Virus record (IMG/VR): IMGVR_UViG_2862784999_000001
Span: 1 to 64,000 of that record
Strand: one strand, 5' to 3'
DNA from: a virus
Lineage: Duplodnaviria > Caudoviricetes
Length of the DNA: 64,000 nt
Position numbers and translations under genes: made by a program. Position 1 is the first letter of the stretch. Each line of letters starts with the position of its first letter. Positions 28,021-37,708 of the stretch are shown one piece after another. The notes beneath the pieces were generated by a model, which saw only the letters and a program-made list of their open reading frames with translations, did not search any database and was not told where the DNA came from.

Positions 28021-28680
28021 TCAGCGGCCAGGAAGCCGCGACTTAAGCCATCCGGAGAACTCGTCCTCCGGGCTGGGGGCCTTCGTTCGGTTGGCGCCGG
28101 ACGCTTGAGTGCGATCCGGTGCAGGACGCCGCGGGCCCTCCGGGGGCTGGCTCTTCGCCCAGTGCGGCTTGCGCTCCAAAAGCGCCTGAAGGTCGGCCTC
28201 GATGGCCGCCTCGTCGATGTCGCCGTCAGAGTCGATGTACGAGTCGAGGTCGAGCTCACCGAACGCGTCGGCTGGATCGGCGAACGCCGCCCGACTGTCT
28301 GTTGCGGTGCCAGCGAGGGCCTGCACCTGGCTGCGGACCAGCCGCTGCCGGGTCTTGGCGATCTGCTCCTGCGCTGCCGTGAGCTGCTCGGTGAGGCGCT
28401 CGGACTCGGACAGGTCCGCTTCCTTGCGCTTCTTGAGTTCGGCCAGCAGCGGCTCCTGCTCCTTGAGTCGCTTGCGGAGGTTCTCGGCCTCGCTGTTCTT
28501 CTTGCGCAGCGCCGCTTCGAACTTCTTCCGGTCGAACGGCTTCTCCTCGCCGCCGGCGTCCGCCTCCTGGGCGTCGTCCTGCTGCTCGATACCGTCCTGT
28601 TCCGCAGTGGCCGTCTCCTCGACGGTCTCCTCGGTCCCGGACTCCTGCTGCTCGCTGCTCTGCTCGGTCTCTTCGGGCAT
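28021..28680 (-). CDS. Capsid scaffolding protein
   Basis: Acidic N-terminus, coiled coil, LLERKPHW; upstream of the capsid gene. Confidence 0.85.
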   Translation of the reverse strand: MPEETEQSSEQQESGTEETVEETATAEQDGIEQQDDAQEADAGGEEKPFDRKKFEAALRKKNSEAENLRKRLKEQEPLLAELKKRKEADLSESERLTEQLTAAQEQIAKTRQRLVRSQVQALAGTATDSRAAFADPADAFGELDLDSYIDSDGDIDEAAIEADLQALLERKPHWAKSQPPEGPRRPAPDRTQASGANRTKAPSPEDEFSGWLKSRLPGR

Positions 28681-28743
28681 GACGAATCGGCCCTCCAGGG
28701 GCTGTGGAAATGAGAAAGGCCGCCACCAGGGCGACCTCGTTGA

Positions 28744-29517
28744 TCAGAAAGAACCGGGGAGCGGGTTCGAGTCGTGCTCCGTCAGCGCCCGCCGAAAGCG
28801 GGCCAGTTGACTCCCCGAATGGCCAGCGGCGTACTCCTCGTACAACCGCGCCCACTCGGAGGCCTGGGGGGAGGGCTCGAACTTCTGCCCTCGAAAGACC
28901 GGGATGACGCCGCAGTGGCAGCCGTCATGCGCCCGGAAGCCAGCCGTGTCCTGCGCATACACCGAACCGCGGGCAGCCAGCAGCTTGCAGAACGCGCACG
29001 CGCCGAGCGCCGCAGACCGTGCCCACGCTGTCGCCTGCGCGTCCCGACGCACCGCGCCCAGAACCGTCGCCCGCCCGGTATCCGCAACCAGCTTCTGCGC
29101 GACGGCCTCCGCCTTCTTCTCAGCCTGGCCGAGACGTACCTCGACCGGCTGAAGCTGCGCTCCGGTTGCCGCGTCCGGGTCGCGGTCCCAGACGTCCTTG
29201 GCGGCCCACCGTAGGCTCACCTCGGTCTGCTCCGGTGTCGGCGGGTCTGCGACCGGCACGGTGAACGTGCCGGCGACTCTTGCCGCCTCCCGTTGGGCGT
29301 CGTAAAACTCGGCGCCCAACGCCGCTGATGTCTGCGCGTACTGGTCGACCACGGCCTGCATGGCCGTGAACCAGTCCGGCATCGATGCCCGCAGCCGGGC
29401 GGGAAGGATCAGCCGTCGCAGGCCTCGGACATCGCGCACCAGCAGACGGGTCAGGCCGAGCTGCGCGGCCCGGTACCGGTCGGCGTCCCGGCCCCCGTCA
29501 GAGACCGCCGTCGCCAC
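28744..29517 (-). CDS. Minor capsid / maturation protein (MuF-like)
   Basis: WAR....ACAFCKLLAARGSVY...HDGCHC; between portal and scaffold. Confidence 0.8.
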   Translation of the reverse strand: MATAVSDGGRDADRYRAAQLGLTRLLVRDVRGLRRLILPARLRASMPDWFTAMQAVVDQYAQTSAALGAEFYDAQREAARVAGTFTVPVADPPTPEQTEVSLRWAAKDVWDRDPDAATGAQLQPVEVRLGQAEKKAEAVAQKLVADTGRATVLGAVRRDAQATAWARSAALGACAFCKLLAARGSVYAQDTAGFRAHDGCHCGVIPVFRGQKFEPSPQASEWARLYEEYAAGHSGSQLARFRRALTEHDSNPLPGSF

Positions 29518-30961
29518 CAGACACCTCCGCAGCCGTCGGCAAGCCGACCGCAGGCCGCTCGTTCACCGCGGCCAGCCGATCCAGCAGGCCGCCACCGGTA
29601 GCTGCCGCCGACGAGCGACGGCGGTCCACGGCAATCCGCTGCCGCTGACCCTCGGTGAACCCGGCCATCTCCAACGTGACGTCGGAGTCCGCCGGCAGGA
29701 CACCTGCCTGGACCAGCTTGACGGTCGCGTCGACTTGCGCGGCCACCGTCGGGGTCGCCGGGTTCCGCCACACCGTTTCGATGCGGCGCGTGCTGTCCGG
29801 CGGCTCACCGTCACGAACCCAAAGGGCCAGCCGCATCGCCTGCTGCCATCCCGCACCGAACCGCCGGATCCGGCGCTCCGCCTTCTTCACCTGCCGGTTA
29901 TCCGCGAACCGAATCGCGTCCGCTGACGCTGGATTGTCACTGCTGTAGCCCAGTACGTGCGGCGCCACCGACATCTGCGACGCCATAATCCTGGCATACA
30001 GGTCGATGAACTTCGTCATGCCCGACGGATCATGAGCAGCGAACTGACCCACGGTCGGAATGGCGCCGTCCTCGTCCCGCTCCAACGCCAGCACCCGGCC
30101 GATGTACGTCTCCCAGGCGGACTTGGCGTTGCCCTCCGCGTCCTGGAACGCCGACTCCGACGCACCCAGGATGTAGCGCTGCGGCGCCCCGTAGAACTCG
30201 GCGGCAACCTCCATGCCCATCAGCCGGCGGCACGCCGCATCCGTGATCGACATGACCTCCGGGGTGATCTCCGACTTGCCGACCCGGTCCGCGGTCCGCT
30301 GCCGATTCGCCAACCGAACCACCGGCACGACCCCCAGGCCGTGCATGTCCCGATCGACAACCTCCCAGCCACCCGACGGCGACGGCACAGCCATCACCGT
30401 CTGGTCCGGCAGATACAGGACCAGCATCCGCTCCTCGGGGCCCGACTCGACGAACGAGTCAGCGGCGCACTCGCGGAGCGCGGCCGTGCCCATCCGCAGG
30501 CGGGCATCCCACATCAGCGTCATGTCCAGCGGCGACTCAGCCGAGATCAAGGGCGGACAGTCGTCCCCACAGTCCCCCGCTCCGACCGCCAGATACTCGC
30601 GGCCGTACACCAGCGCATCCAGGTGCGCGAGGCTCGACTCGTCGAACAAGTCGTTCGCCTCGGCGATCTCCGTCAGCTCCGAAGCGTCAGCACCATCGGC
30701 CCAGCGGAACGCCTCCAAGTCGAGGCGCTCCTCCAGCGATTCGACACCGACCCGCGGCCAGCCGATCACCGTGTGCAAGCCACGGAGCTGCGGAGGGATA
30801 GAGATACCGAGGTCGCGGACCAGCTGCTCGCCGTTGAAGTAGGCGTCGCGCAACTTGAGTTCCCACCGGTCCCGCAGCATGTCCGCGCGAAGCACGTTGA
30901 TCAGCGCGAGCTCGTCATCCGACAACGTCAGCAGCGGCAGGTCAGGAATCGAGACGGTCAC
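29498..30961 (-). CDS. Portal protein (SPP1 gp6-like)
   Basis: YFNGEQ..LGI..P; WPRVGV..LEERL; GKSEIT; EFYGAPQRYILG; NPASADA. Confidence 0.92.
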   Translation of the reverse strand: MTVSIPDLPLLTLSDDELALINVLRADMLRDRWELKLRDAYFNGEQLVRDLGISIPPQLRGLHTVIGWPRVGVESLEERLDLEAFRWADGADASELTEIAEANDLFDESSLAHLDALVYGREYLAVGAGDCGDDCPPLISAESPLDMTLMWDARLRMGTAALRECAADSFVESGPEERMLVLYLPDQTVMAVPSPSGGWEVVDRDMHGLGVVPVVRLANRQRTADRVGKSEITPEVMSITDAACRRLMGMEVAAEFYGAPQRYILGASESAFQDAEGNAKSAWETYIGRVLALERDEDGAIPTVGQFAAHDPSGMTKFIDLYARIMASQMSVAPHVLGYSSDNPASADAIRFADNRQVKKAERRIRRFGAGWQQAMRLALWVRDGEPPDSTRRIETVWRNPATPTVAAQVDATVKLVQAGVLPADSDVTLEMAGFTEGQRQRIAVDRRRSSAAATGGGLLDRLAAVNERPAVGLPTAAEVSGGDGGL

Positions 30962-32589
30962 CGCAACACCACCACCCGTCCCGACTTGCCGGTCTTCTTC
31001 TTGCCGAGCCCCTTGGCCATGGCGTCTACTCGGGCTTGCCATGCGAGGACAGCAGCAATGGCGGCGTCGATCTTCTTCGGACTGTCGGGGTGCTCTTTCA
31101 TGATCTGGATACCGCTGCGCGACTCCCGCCGGCGAGAGTTCAGGATGTGCCTCGTCAGCACGCTCGACCCGTCGTGTGAAAGCTCCCCGTCGACGACGCT
31201 CGACCGGAACTTCTCCAGCGCGCGCACGATCTGATTGGAACGACCTCCGGTCATCCACCACTCGATCGGATGCTGAGTCGACGACTTGAGCTTCAGTCGG
31301 CGCCCGTGATCCGCCTCCCACTTCGCCACATGCGACTCCCACCTGGCCGGGTCCGCATACATGCCGACGACCTTGTACTCGCGGAACGCGTCCTCGACGG
31401 CTGCCAGCACCTCGACAGTGGGGACCTGCCAGTCCTGGCCAAAAGGCCCGTCAGGCTGCTCCCAGCAGCCGAGAAGGAAGAGATGACCGTCGGACACCCG
31501 GCAGCCGACCAAGGCGGTGGCGTCCGTGACGCCGCGGTTTCGTCGCCGCGAACCGTCGAAACCAAGGACAATCTCCTCGCCGCGACCGACGACCTTGTCG
31601 GCGGCGGCTACGCCAGCCCACTCGGGCTGCGAGATCCACGAGTCGGATGCGTGAGTGATCTGATTGAGGAAGTCGGCGCGGGCCGTCTGCGGGTCTGTAC
31701 TCGGATCCCAGATCGTGGCAACGATCGTGTCCAGGTCGACGTGCCCGCCGTTACGGTCGGCCGAGTCGCCGTAGGTGTACGCCAAGCCAGCCGTAAGCGA
31801 CTGGCGGTCCGTCATGTCGGTCTCAGGCGGGGCCTCGCGATGGTCGTAGTACAGCCCGTCATCCCGAGCCCGGCCCTCCCGGATCTTGGCCCAGAACGCC
31901 GCCGACTCCTCTGCTACCGATCCCTCTCCGGGAGTGAAGGCGTTTGGGGACTCGATGGTCGTACCGCCGACCTTCGCGGCGTTGATACGCATCGTCTCCG
32001 CTAGCCGGTTGCCGCGGTTCGAACGCACCCACTCCTCGGTCTGGTCCAGCACAGCGAAGACCGGCTTGTTGCCCTTCACTGTTCGAGCCGACGACGTGAT
32101 CGGCTCGATCCTCCCCCGTGGCAGATTGACGAAAGTGTCCAGCGGCTCCAGGCCCGGATACTCGTCGATGACCGGCCCCTGCAGCATCTCCAGCAGCGGC
32201 GCCCACGTGTTCTTCGTCTGGGTCTCTGACACCGCGGCGATCTGCACCAGTGGTGTGCGCACCTCAGACCACGGCTTGCCGACAGGCTGTCCATCAGCGT
32301 CCCAGCCATCTGGGACCACCGGGCCGAGAGCCTCAACGATCGCCAGTGCTGCGAGGAAGGGGCTCTTCCCCCACCCGCGCGGGCGACTGATGACCCCTCG
32401 CCGGAAGCGTCGCTTTCCGGTACGTGGGTCGATCTCGTAGTAGCGGAGGACAAAATCCTCCTGCTCCGGATACAGCAGGAACGGCTCGTAGTCGCCTCGG
32501 TCCGGAGCTGCCAGCATCTCCGAGATCCAGTCGATGACCTCGAATCCGAGGGTCGGGACGGCTCCGGGCTCCGACGGCTTCCACGGCAT
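30958..32589 (-). CDS. terL: Terminase large subunit
   Basis: Walker A RPRGWGKS, LDQTEE, RNase H-like LGFDGS..DATAL, KKIDAA. Confidence 0.95.
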   Translation of the reverse strand: MPWKPSEPGAVPTLGFEVIDWISEMLAAPDRGDYEPFLLYPEQEDFVLRYYEIDPRTGKRRFRRGVISRPRGWGKSPFLAALAIVEALGPVVPDGWDADGQPVGKPWSEVRTPLVQIAAVSETQTKNTWAPLLEMLQGPVIDEYPGLEPLDTFVNLPRGRIEPITSSARTVKGNKPVFAVLDQTEEWVRSNRGNRLAETMRINAAKVGGTTIESPNAFTPGEGSVAEESAAFWAKIREGRARDDGLYYDHREAPPETDMTDRQSLTAGLAYTYGDSADRNGGHVDLDTIVATIWDPSTDPQTARADFLNQITHASDSWISQPEWAGVAAADKVVGRGEEIVLGFDGSRRRNRGVTDATALVGCRVSDGHLFLLGCWEQPDGPFGQDWQVPTVEVLAAVEDAFREYKVVGMYADPARWESHVAKWEADHGRRLKLKSSTQHPIEWWMTGGRSNQIVRALEKFRSSVVDGELSHDGSSVLTRHILNSRRRESRSGIQIMKEHPDSPKKIDAAIAAVLAWQARVDAMAKGLGKKKTGKSGRVVVLR

Positions 32590-32590
32590 G

Positions 32591-33070
32591 TCAGCTCCCC
32601 GTCGACTCCTCCGGTGGCGGAAGCGCACGAAGAACACCGCGGCGCTCCCTAGCCGACCGGCCACCCTCGGGCCTCTTGCTATCGGCTTCGTCGGCCTGCG
32701 CGAACTGCATCCGCAGTCGCGCCCTGTCCTCCGGAGTCGCGCCGAACTTCGCCACCCGCAGTCGCAGCTCCCCGGCCGCCGACATCTCCCCCGACCACAG
32801 CCGGGCATGCACGACAGCCGTGTCCAGGAGGAAGTCCCAGTCGGTCGACGAGAAGTGCTCCGCCTGGGGCGACGCCTTCCACATCTCCCACCAGTCCAGC
32901 GTCCTCGCCGGCCACGCGTACTCGACCAGATCGCCGTCCTTCATCACCGACAGGGTCGGGAGTTCGGGCGGCTCGGCCTGCTCGAAGCGCAGGATCGTCT
33001 GAGCGTGCGGGTCCTTGCTATGCCCAGCTCGCCGCCTCGGGTCCTTCGGCGCGGGTCCGCGGCCAGCCAT
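32591..33070 (-). CDS. terS: Terminase small subunit
   Basis: MAGRGPAPK...WW..W..SPQA...DW...ELRLRVAKFGATPEDRARLR. Confidence 0.92.
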   Translation of the reverse strand: MAGRGPAPKDPRRRAGHSKDPHAQTILRFEQAEPPELPTLSVMKDGDLVEYAWPARTLDWWEMWKASPQAEHFSSTDWDFLLDTAVVHARLWSGEMSAAGELRLRVAKFGATPEDRARLRMQFAQADEADSKRPEGGRSARERRGVLRALPPPEESTGS

Positions 33071-33091
33071 GAGGCTCACCTCCGCCCGTCT

Positions 33092-33353
33092 GATCTCAAG
33101 ATCCAAATTCCCCAGACCCAGGGCCGACCTCAGCGCGTATACGGCCCCGATCCCTGAAGATCGCGGGGAGGGGGCATGCCCCCGGGTGGATCATGGTGGA
33201 GCCGGCCGATCAGGATCCCTAGTTCGATCATGGAATTTCAGGCCTTGCCGATCTTGCTCATCTCGATCATGTTCGTGTGTTCGAACTCGCTTCGTTCGAC
33301 TGATCGTTCGATCGAGCCTTCGCTCACTCGACCTTGATCCCGAACGTGCGATC
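33092..33353. other. Probable cos/packaging-initiation region, rich in GATC
   Basis: Non-coding gap upstream of terS with 14 GATC, a G/C-run element at 33163-33187, and a candidate overhang CGGGGCCGTAT (minus strand, 33149-33139). Confidence 0.5.
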
Positions 33354-33426
33354 GAGTCATGCCTCACCGCGACCACGACCTCAGGCCTGCCCGACCACGA
33401 CCCCTAGGCCGGCGCCGCCCTGCCCC

Positions 33427-34629
33427 TCACCCGTACCGGTAGGCGGTGACGTCGAGGGTCTGGCCTGCCGCGACGAGGAGCCCTGCGGTGACGGTGACCG
33501 TGAGGCCGGCTGCCGTCTGGGTCCCTGCCTTAACGGTTGCTGTGGCCTTGCCGATCAGCCCTGAAGTCTGCGCGATGTCCACGCTGTACGTGCTGCTCGG
33601 CATGGGCATGGACCACGTGATGACCTGGTCGTAGCTGGCACCGAGCGCGATGAGAGGCAGCGTCGGAACGGCTCGCCTGATCGCAACGGTCTTGGCCTTG
33701 AGCGCTGCGACGTCTGTCTCCAGTGCTGTTGCCCTGCTGGCAACGGCTGCTGCTGCAGTGTTCGCCTGGTCGGCTTTGGTGCCGGCGGTTGAGGCTGCCG
33801 CCTGTGCTGCGGTTGCTGCGGCTTGGGCTGTCCCCGCTGCCGTGGCCGCACTGTCGGCCGTGGTCTTGGCGCTGGCAGCCGTGGTGTTGGCTGCGGTGGC
33901 TTTCGTGGCGGCGTCTTGTGCCGTGGTCTGCGCCGAGGTGGCCGCGTTCTGTGCAGAGCTCGCCGCGTTCTTCGCGGTGGCGGCGTCCGAAGTGGCTTGT
34001 CCGGCGGCCGTCTTGGCCGCCGCTGCGTCCTTGCTTGCCAAGTTGGCGGTCGACTGGGCGGTATCCGCCGCAGTCTTGGCGTCCCGCGCGTCGGTCTGGG
34101 CCGTGCTCGCTGTGGCCTTCGCCTGACTGGCGTCGGCCTTGGCGGCCGTGCTCGCGGTCTGCGCTTGGTCGGACTGCGCGAGGGCCTGTGCGGATGCGTT
34201 GCTCGCCGCGGTCGCCGTGGTGCTGGCCTGCTGGGCAAGGACTGTCGAATCCTGGGCGACACCGATTGCGGTGCTGGCCTTGTCGTAGGCGCCCTGGGCC
34301 TGGACACCTGCGGAGTCCGCGTCGGCTTGTGCTTCAGCGATGAGCGGCCGGAGGGCCGCGGTCGCCTCCTCGGCTTGGTCGATGAGGCCTTGGAGGCGGG
34401 CGTGTTCGATGCCGGCGTTCTGCTGGATGGGGGCGAGTTGGGCTGCGATGTCGCCGAGGGTGGCCATGCGCGTGGCTATCTCTGCGGCGAGCGCGTCCTG
34501 ATCGGCCTTCTGTGCGGCGAGCCGCTCCGCGACCTCGGCGTTGTCGGCGAGTGCCGCGTTGGCGACGGTATCGACCATCGCTTTGGTGGCGGCGTCGGGC
34601 ACCTTGGGGCTGTAGCTGGTGCGCCTCAT
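33427..34629 (-). CDS. Ala-rich coiled-coil fibre protein with C-terminal beta domain (head spike/fibre candidate)
   Basis: Long heptad A..A Ala/Thr zipper followed by VITWSMPMPSSTYSV; ATGA-coupled to 34626-34925. Confidence 0.75.
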   Translation of the reverse strand: MRRTSYSPKVPDAATKAMVDTVANAALADNAEVAERLAAQKADQDALAAEIATRMATLGDIAAQLAPIQQNAGIEHARLQGLIDQAEEATAALRPLIAEAQADADSAGVQAQGAYDKASTAIGVAQDSTVLAQQASTTATAASNASAQALAQSDQAQTASTAAKADASQAKATASTAQTDARDAKTAADTAQSTANLASKDAAAAKTAAGQATSDAATAKNAASSAQNAATSAQTTAQDAATKATAANTTAASAKTTADSAATAAGTAQAAATAAQAAASTAGTKADQANTAAAAVASRATALETDVAALKAKTVAIRRAVPTLPLIALGASYDQVITWSMPMPSSTYSVDIAQTSGLIGKATATVKAGTQTAAGLTVTVTAGLLVAAGQTLDVTAYRYG

Positions 34630-34925
34630 GCCCGGGTCACCGACACCTTCGGCGTCCCGGCCGAGATCAGTTTGACGACGGTCGGGCCTGCGGTGGGCGG
34701 CTCGACTTGCGCGGAGCTGATGGCGGCGGGGAGGACGCGGGAGGCGCGGCCTTCGACGGCGGGGTCGCTGCCGTCGACGGTGAAGTAGATGGGCGCGGCG
34801 CCGTCGTGGGAGAGGACTTCGATCTCGTCGACGTCGTCGGGGAAGTGGATGGTGGTGACGGTGCCGGCGTCGAGGGTGACGCCGTGAACGCCCCACTCGT
34901 CGGCTTGGACGGTGTAGCTAGCCAC
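34626..34925 (-). CDS. Small beta-sandwich virion protein (spike-base/decoration candidate)
   Basis: IEVLSHDGAAPIYFTVDGSDP...VVKLIS; all-beta pattern, coupled to the fibre gene. Confidence 0.6.
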   Translation of the reverse strand: MASYTVQADEWGVHGVTLDAGTVTTIHFPDDVDEIEVLSHDGAAPIYFTVDGSDPAVEGRASRVLPAAISSAQVEPPTAGPTVVKLISAGTPKVSVTRA

Positions 34926-35169
34926 GGCGTCCTCCGCGCATTGCCTTGGCGTGGGCGCTGGTGGTCATGCCGGTGGCGGCCATGTGCCGGAGCTGGCAGT
35001 AGCCCTTGGCGCGGGCGCCCATGTACTTGGAGAGCAGACGGTTACAGCGGGACCAGTCTCCGGGTGTGCCCCAGCGGATCTTGGCTGCGCCTTCGCCGCG
35101 GGTCCAGTAGTTGCGGAGGGTTTGGGCGTTGCCGCGGTTCTTGCGGCTTCCTCGACCCTTGCTGGCCAC
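34918..35169 (-). CDS. Small basic actinophage-type protein
   Basis: LRNYWTRGEGAAKIRWGTPGDWSRC...GYCQLRH. Confidence 0.75.
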   Translation of the reverse strand: MASKGRGSRKNRGNAQTLRNYWTRGEGAAKIRWGTPGDWSRCNRLLSKYMGARAKGYCQLRHMAATGMTTSAHAKAMRGGRRG

Positions 35170-35175
35170 AGATCA

Positions 35176-35394
35176 TCACTCCTTCTGCGGCGCGGGCTCC
35201 TGGTGTGCGGGTTCCTGTTCTTCGTCTACCCGTTGGATCTGGGCGCCCAGTCCTGCGGGGATGGCGAGGCAGATGCCGTCGGTGTCTTTGAAGACGGCCC
35301 ATCCGTCGGTGATGACGAGGTGGAGGTGGGGGTCTTCGATGAGGACGTCTTCGCGTTTCTGGTCGCGCGGGTGGACGATCAGGTAGGCGGGCAC
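35176..35394 (-). CDS. Hypothetical protein
   Basis: 72-aa ORF in the late operon. Confidence 0.7.
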   Translation of the reverse strand: MPAYLIVHPRDQKREDVLIEDPHLHLVITDGWAVFKDTDGICLAIPAGLGAQIQRVDEEQEPAHQEPAPQKE

Positions 35395-35585
35395 GCGGTC
35401 TCGCCTTCGTATTCGACCTCGATCTGGTGTGGATCGCTGGCTCGCGCGGGCAGGGTCACGGTCACCTTGGCGTTCTCGGGCAGCATGAAGCCTGCTCGTT
35501 CAGCGAGGACGCCCGCGTAGTACGCGAGCTCATCGACGTTCGGGGCCTCGTCTTCGAGGTGGAGTGAGAAGCGGATGCTGGACAT
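35379..35585 (-). CDS. Hypothetical protein
   Basis: ATG preceded by AAGGACCCGCGCC. Confidence 0.6.
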   Translation of the reverse strand: MSSIRFSLHLEDEAPNVDELAYYAGVLAERAGFMLPENAKVTVTLPARASDPHQIEVEYEGETACPPT

Positions 35586-35596
35586 GGCGCGGGTCC

Positions 35597-35884
35597 TTAG
35601 AGGAGTCCGGGGTGCTGCTCGGCCGGCCGTGTCCGTCCGGGTCGTGGGTTGGCGCGCTGGGCGTCGTTCCCTTCCCGGCTGCTCTTCTGTGCGTGGCATT
35701 CGGCGCAGACGCCTTGGAGCTGCTTGTGGTCGTCGGTCTTGGCCTTGATGTGGTCGCAGTGCGTCGAGGGCCGAACGCCGCATAGAACGCAGGTCGGATT
35801 CTTGGCCAGCGTCTCGGCGCGAAGGCGGGCCCAGTTACTGGGCAGCCGGCTCTTACGGTCCGAGTTCTTCCAGCCGCCGCTCAT
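35597..35884 (-). CDS. Packaging-associated HNH endonuclease
   Basis: LPSNW..LR...CVLC...DHI...LQGVCAECHAQKS..EG. Confidence 0.9.
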   Translation of the reverse strand: MSGGWKNSDRKSRLPSNWARLRAETLAKNPTCVLCGVRPSTHCDHIKAKTDDHKQLQGVCAECHAQKSSREGNDAQRANPRPGRTRPAEQHPGLL

Positions 35885-35886
35885 CG

Positions 35887-36087
35887 CTACTCCTCGGGGC
35901 TGCGTTCGGTGTCACTGCCGAGTGCCCAGTTGGCGAAGCCGGTGCGTTGCCCGGTGGGGCTGCTGGCGACGACAACGCCGTACAGGCGGATGGCGGCTGC
36001 TTCGGCTTCGTCGAGTGCGCTGTCGCCTTGGGCTTCGACGGTGATCTCGCGGACGCCGTCGGACAGTTTGACGGTGACGTCAGGCAT
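35887..36087 (-). CDS. Hypothetical protein
   Basis: 66-aa ORF in the operon. Confidence 0.6.
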   Translation of the reverse strand: MPDVTVKLSDGVREITVEAQGDSALDEAEAAAIRLYGVVVASSPTGQRTGFANWALGSDTERSPEE

Positions 36088-36808
36088 CGGTCGGCTTGGC
36101 GCGGAGATTGGCCACTTCAGCTTTCAACTCGGCGAGCTGGGCTACATGGTTGTCCCTGAGGCATTCGCTTGATCGTTTCATGCCTGCGAGGGTCTGCGCC
36201 GCCATGCTGAGGCGCTTCTCTGGTGTGACCTGGTTCCATCGCGCGATGAACTGTCCGGGGGTGGGTGCGACGTCGGGACTCCAGCCGGGTTCTTCGCCTG
36301 TACGAAGCCGCTCCAGTTCCTCTGCCTGCATGTTGCGTTCCTTGCGGATTGCGGCAGCGGCGTTGCGGATGTCGTCCCAGTCGCGGAGCGGGTCCATACC
36401 GAGCGCGTCGGTGAGCTCGCGTTTCCACTTGGCGAGCCGGTCCATGTCGCGGGCGATGTCGGTGCGCTCGTTGGCGGCCTCGACGGCGCGGGCGCGCAGT
36501 TCGTCGGCCTGTGTCCAGTTGACGGGCTTGCCAGCGATGGTCATCTCGTAGCGGGCATCCCCTGGCAGGTCGCCGCGTGCCGGGTCGAGGTACGCACTGG
36601 TGTCGTTGGCGGGGATCTCGACAGTCTCGGGCGTGACGATGACAGCTCGTGCCCCGATCTGCTGGGCGATGTCCCGCCAGTAGTCGCGGTACGGCACGTC
36701 CGGTCCGATGGCGACACGCTGCGGGACAGACTCGTCGACGACGAGCACGAACGGTGCCCGCTCATCGTTGGCGCCTTCGGGGAGTTCGAGGATCTGCAGG
36801 CGGGCCAT
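36080..36808 (-). CDS. Hypothetical protein
   Basis: MARLQILELPEG..PFVLVVD; C-terminal coiled coil. Confidence 0.75.
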   Translation of the reverse strand: MARLQILELPEGANDERAPFVLVVDESVPQRVAIGPDVPYRDYWRDIAQQIGARAVIVTPETVEIPANDTSAYLDPARGDLPGDARYEMTIAGKPVNWTQADELRARAVEAANERTDIARDMDRLAKWKRELTDALGMDPLRDWDDIRNAAAAIRKERNMQAEELERLRTGEEPGWSPDVAPTPGQFIARWNQVTPEKRLSMAAQTLAGMKRSSECLRDNHVAQLAELKAEVANLRAKPTDA

Positions 36809-37023
36809 CAGACGTCACCTCCGTCTACCGGAGGGAGGGCGGCGTTTTCGATGAGGTAGTTGCCAGCCTCAACGAGGAATTCACCGAGGGCTCGGTATAC
36901 GTCTTCGGCATGGAGGGTAGTGCCACGGAGCGCAACGGAGAGGGTGCCGATGCGCCCGCCGATGGGGACGGCTCCGGGCAGGCAGGTTGTGACGTCTACG
37001 GGTGCTTCGATTTCTGCAGCCAT
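36808..37023 (-). CDS. Hypothetical protein
   Basis: Start context AGGAGCCCGCGCCATG. Confidence 0.6.
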   Translation of the reverse strand: MAAEIEAPVDVTTCLPGAVPIGGRIGTLSVALRGTTLHAEDVYRALGEFLVEAGNYLIENAALPPVDGGDV

Positions 37024-37039
37024 GGCGCGGGCTCCTGGG

Positions 37040-37285
37040 TCAGAGGTCGTCTTCGGCGGCGATGACGATGCGGCGGGCGAACAGGGTCAGCGTGACCGTG
37101 ACCGCTTCGTCCTCACTGATGTCGTGCACGCGGATCTTCGTGCCAGCCGGCATTGGGATCTCCACGCCGTTGATGCGCACTGCGCTCGGCACGAGGATTG
37201 GAGCGGCGCCTTCATGCCGGTCGATGATCTCGATGTCGGCGCCGCGTCGCTGGGGCGCCTCGTCCTTGCTGGTGTCGATGGCCAT
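37040..37285 (-). CDS. Hypothetical protein
   Basis: Start context GGAGCCCGCGCCATG; VRINGVE. Confidence 0.65.
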   Translation of the reverse strand: MAIDTSKDEAPQRRGADIEIIDRHEGAAPILVPSAVRINGVEIPMPAGTKIRVHDISEDEAVTVTLTLFARRIVIAAEDDL

Positions 37286-37303
37286 GGCGCGGGCTCCGTG
37301 GGG

Positions 37304-37687
37304 TCAGTGCGGGTCGATGGGCACGGTGACGAGTCGTAGCGGGTGGTCGCGCTCGTCGAGTGCCTGGAGTGTGAAGGTGAGCAGTGCGCGGAGCAGGGCT
37401 CGTTCCCGTGCGCTGCCGGGGAGCCCGCCGACCTGGTCGACGACGCCGATCGTCTGCCCGTCGGAGTGGCCGTAGACGAGGCTGACGGGGTTCGGCGCGT
37501 AGAGCTTGGCGTACTCCTGCGCGTACTCGTTGAGAGTGCGCATGAGGTCTTCGCCGTCGATGGCGTGGCAGAGGGAGCAGATCCGGACTGAGGCCGACGC
37601 GTGCGCGGGCTTGTTGTAGGACCAGGAGTGCTCGCAGAGACTCTGGGCGCTCATCGCCTGGTGTTCGGGCATGTCAGGGGAAGCCAT
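37304..37687 (-). CDS. Hypothetical protein
   Basis: CEHSW...CSLC. Confidence 0.6.
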   Translation of the reverse strand: MASPDMPEHQAMSAQSLCEHSWSYNKPAHASASVRICSLCHAIDGEDLMRTLNEYAQEYAKLYAPNPVSLVYGHSDGQTIGVVDQVGGLPGSARERALLRALLTFTLQALDERDHPLRLVTVPIDPH

Positions 37688-37708
37688 GGGCGCGGGCCTT
37701 CCGTGGGG

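Noticed and set aside
26022-28259. 745-aa ORF read as a long N-terminally extended glycosyltransferase
   Set aside because: The first ~400 aa overlap the capsid gene in another frame and are Arg-rich noise; the real start is most likely the coupled GTG at 27056
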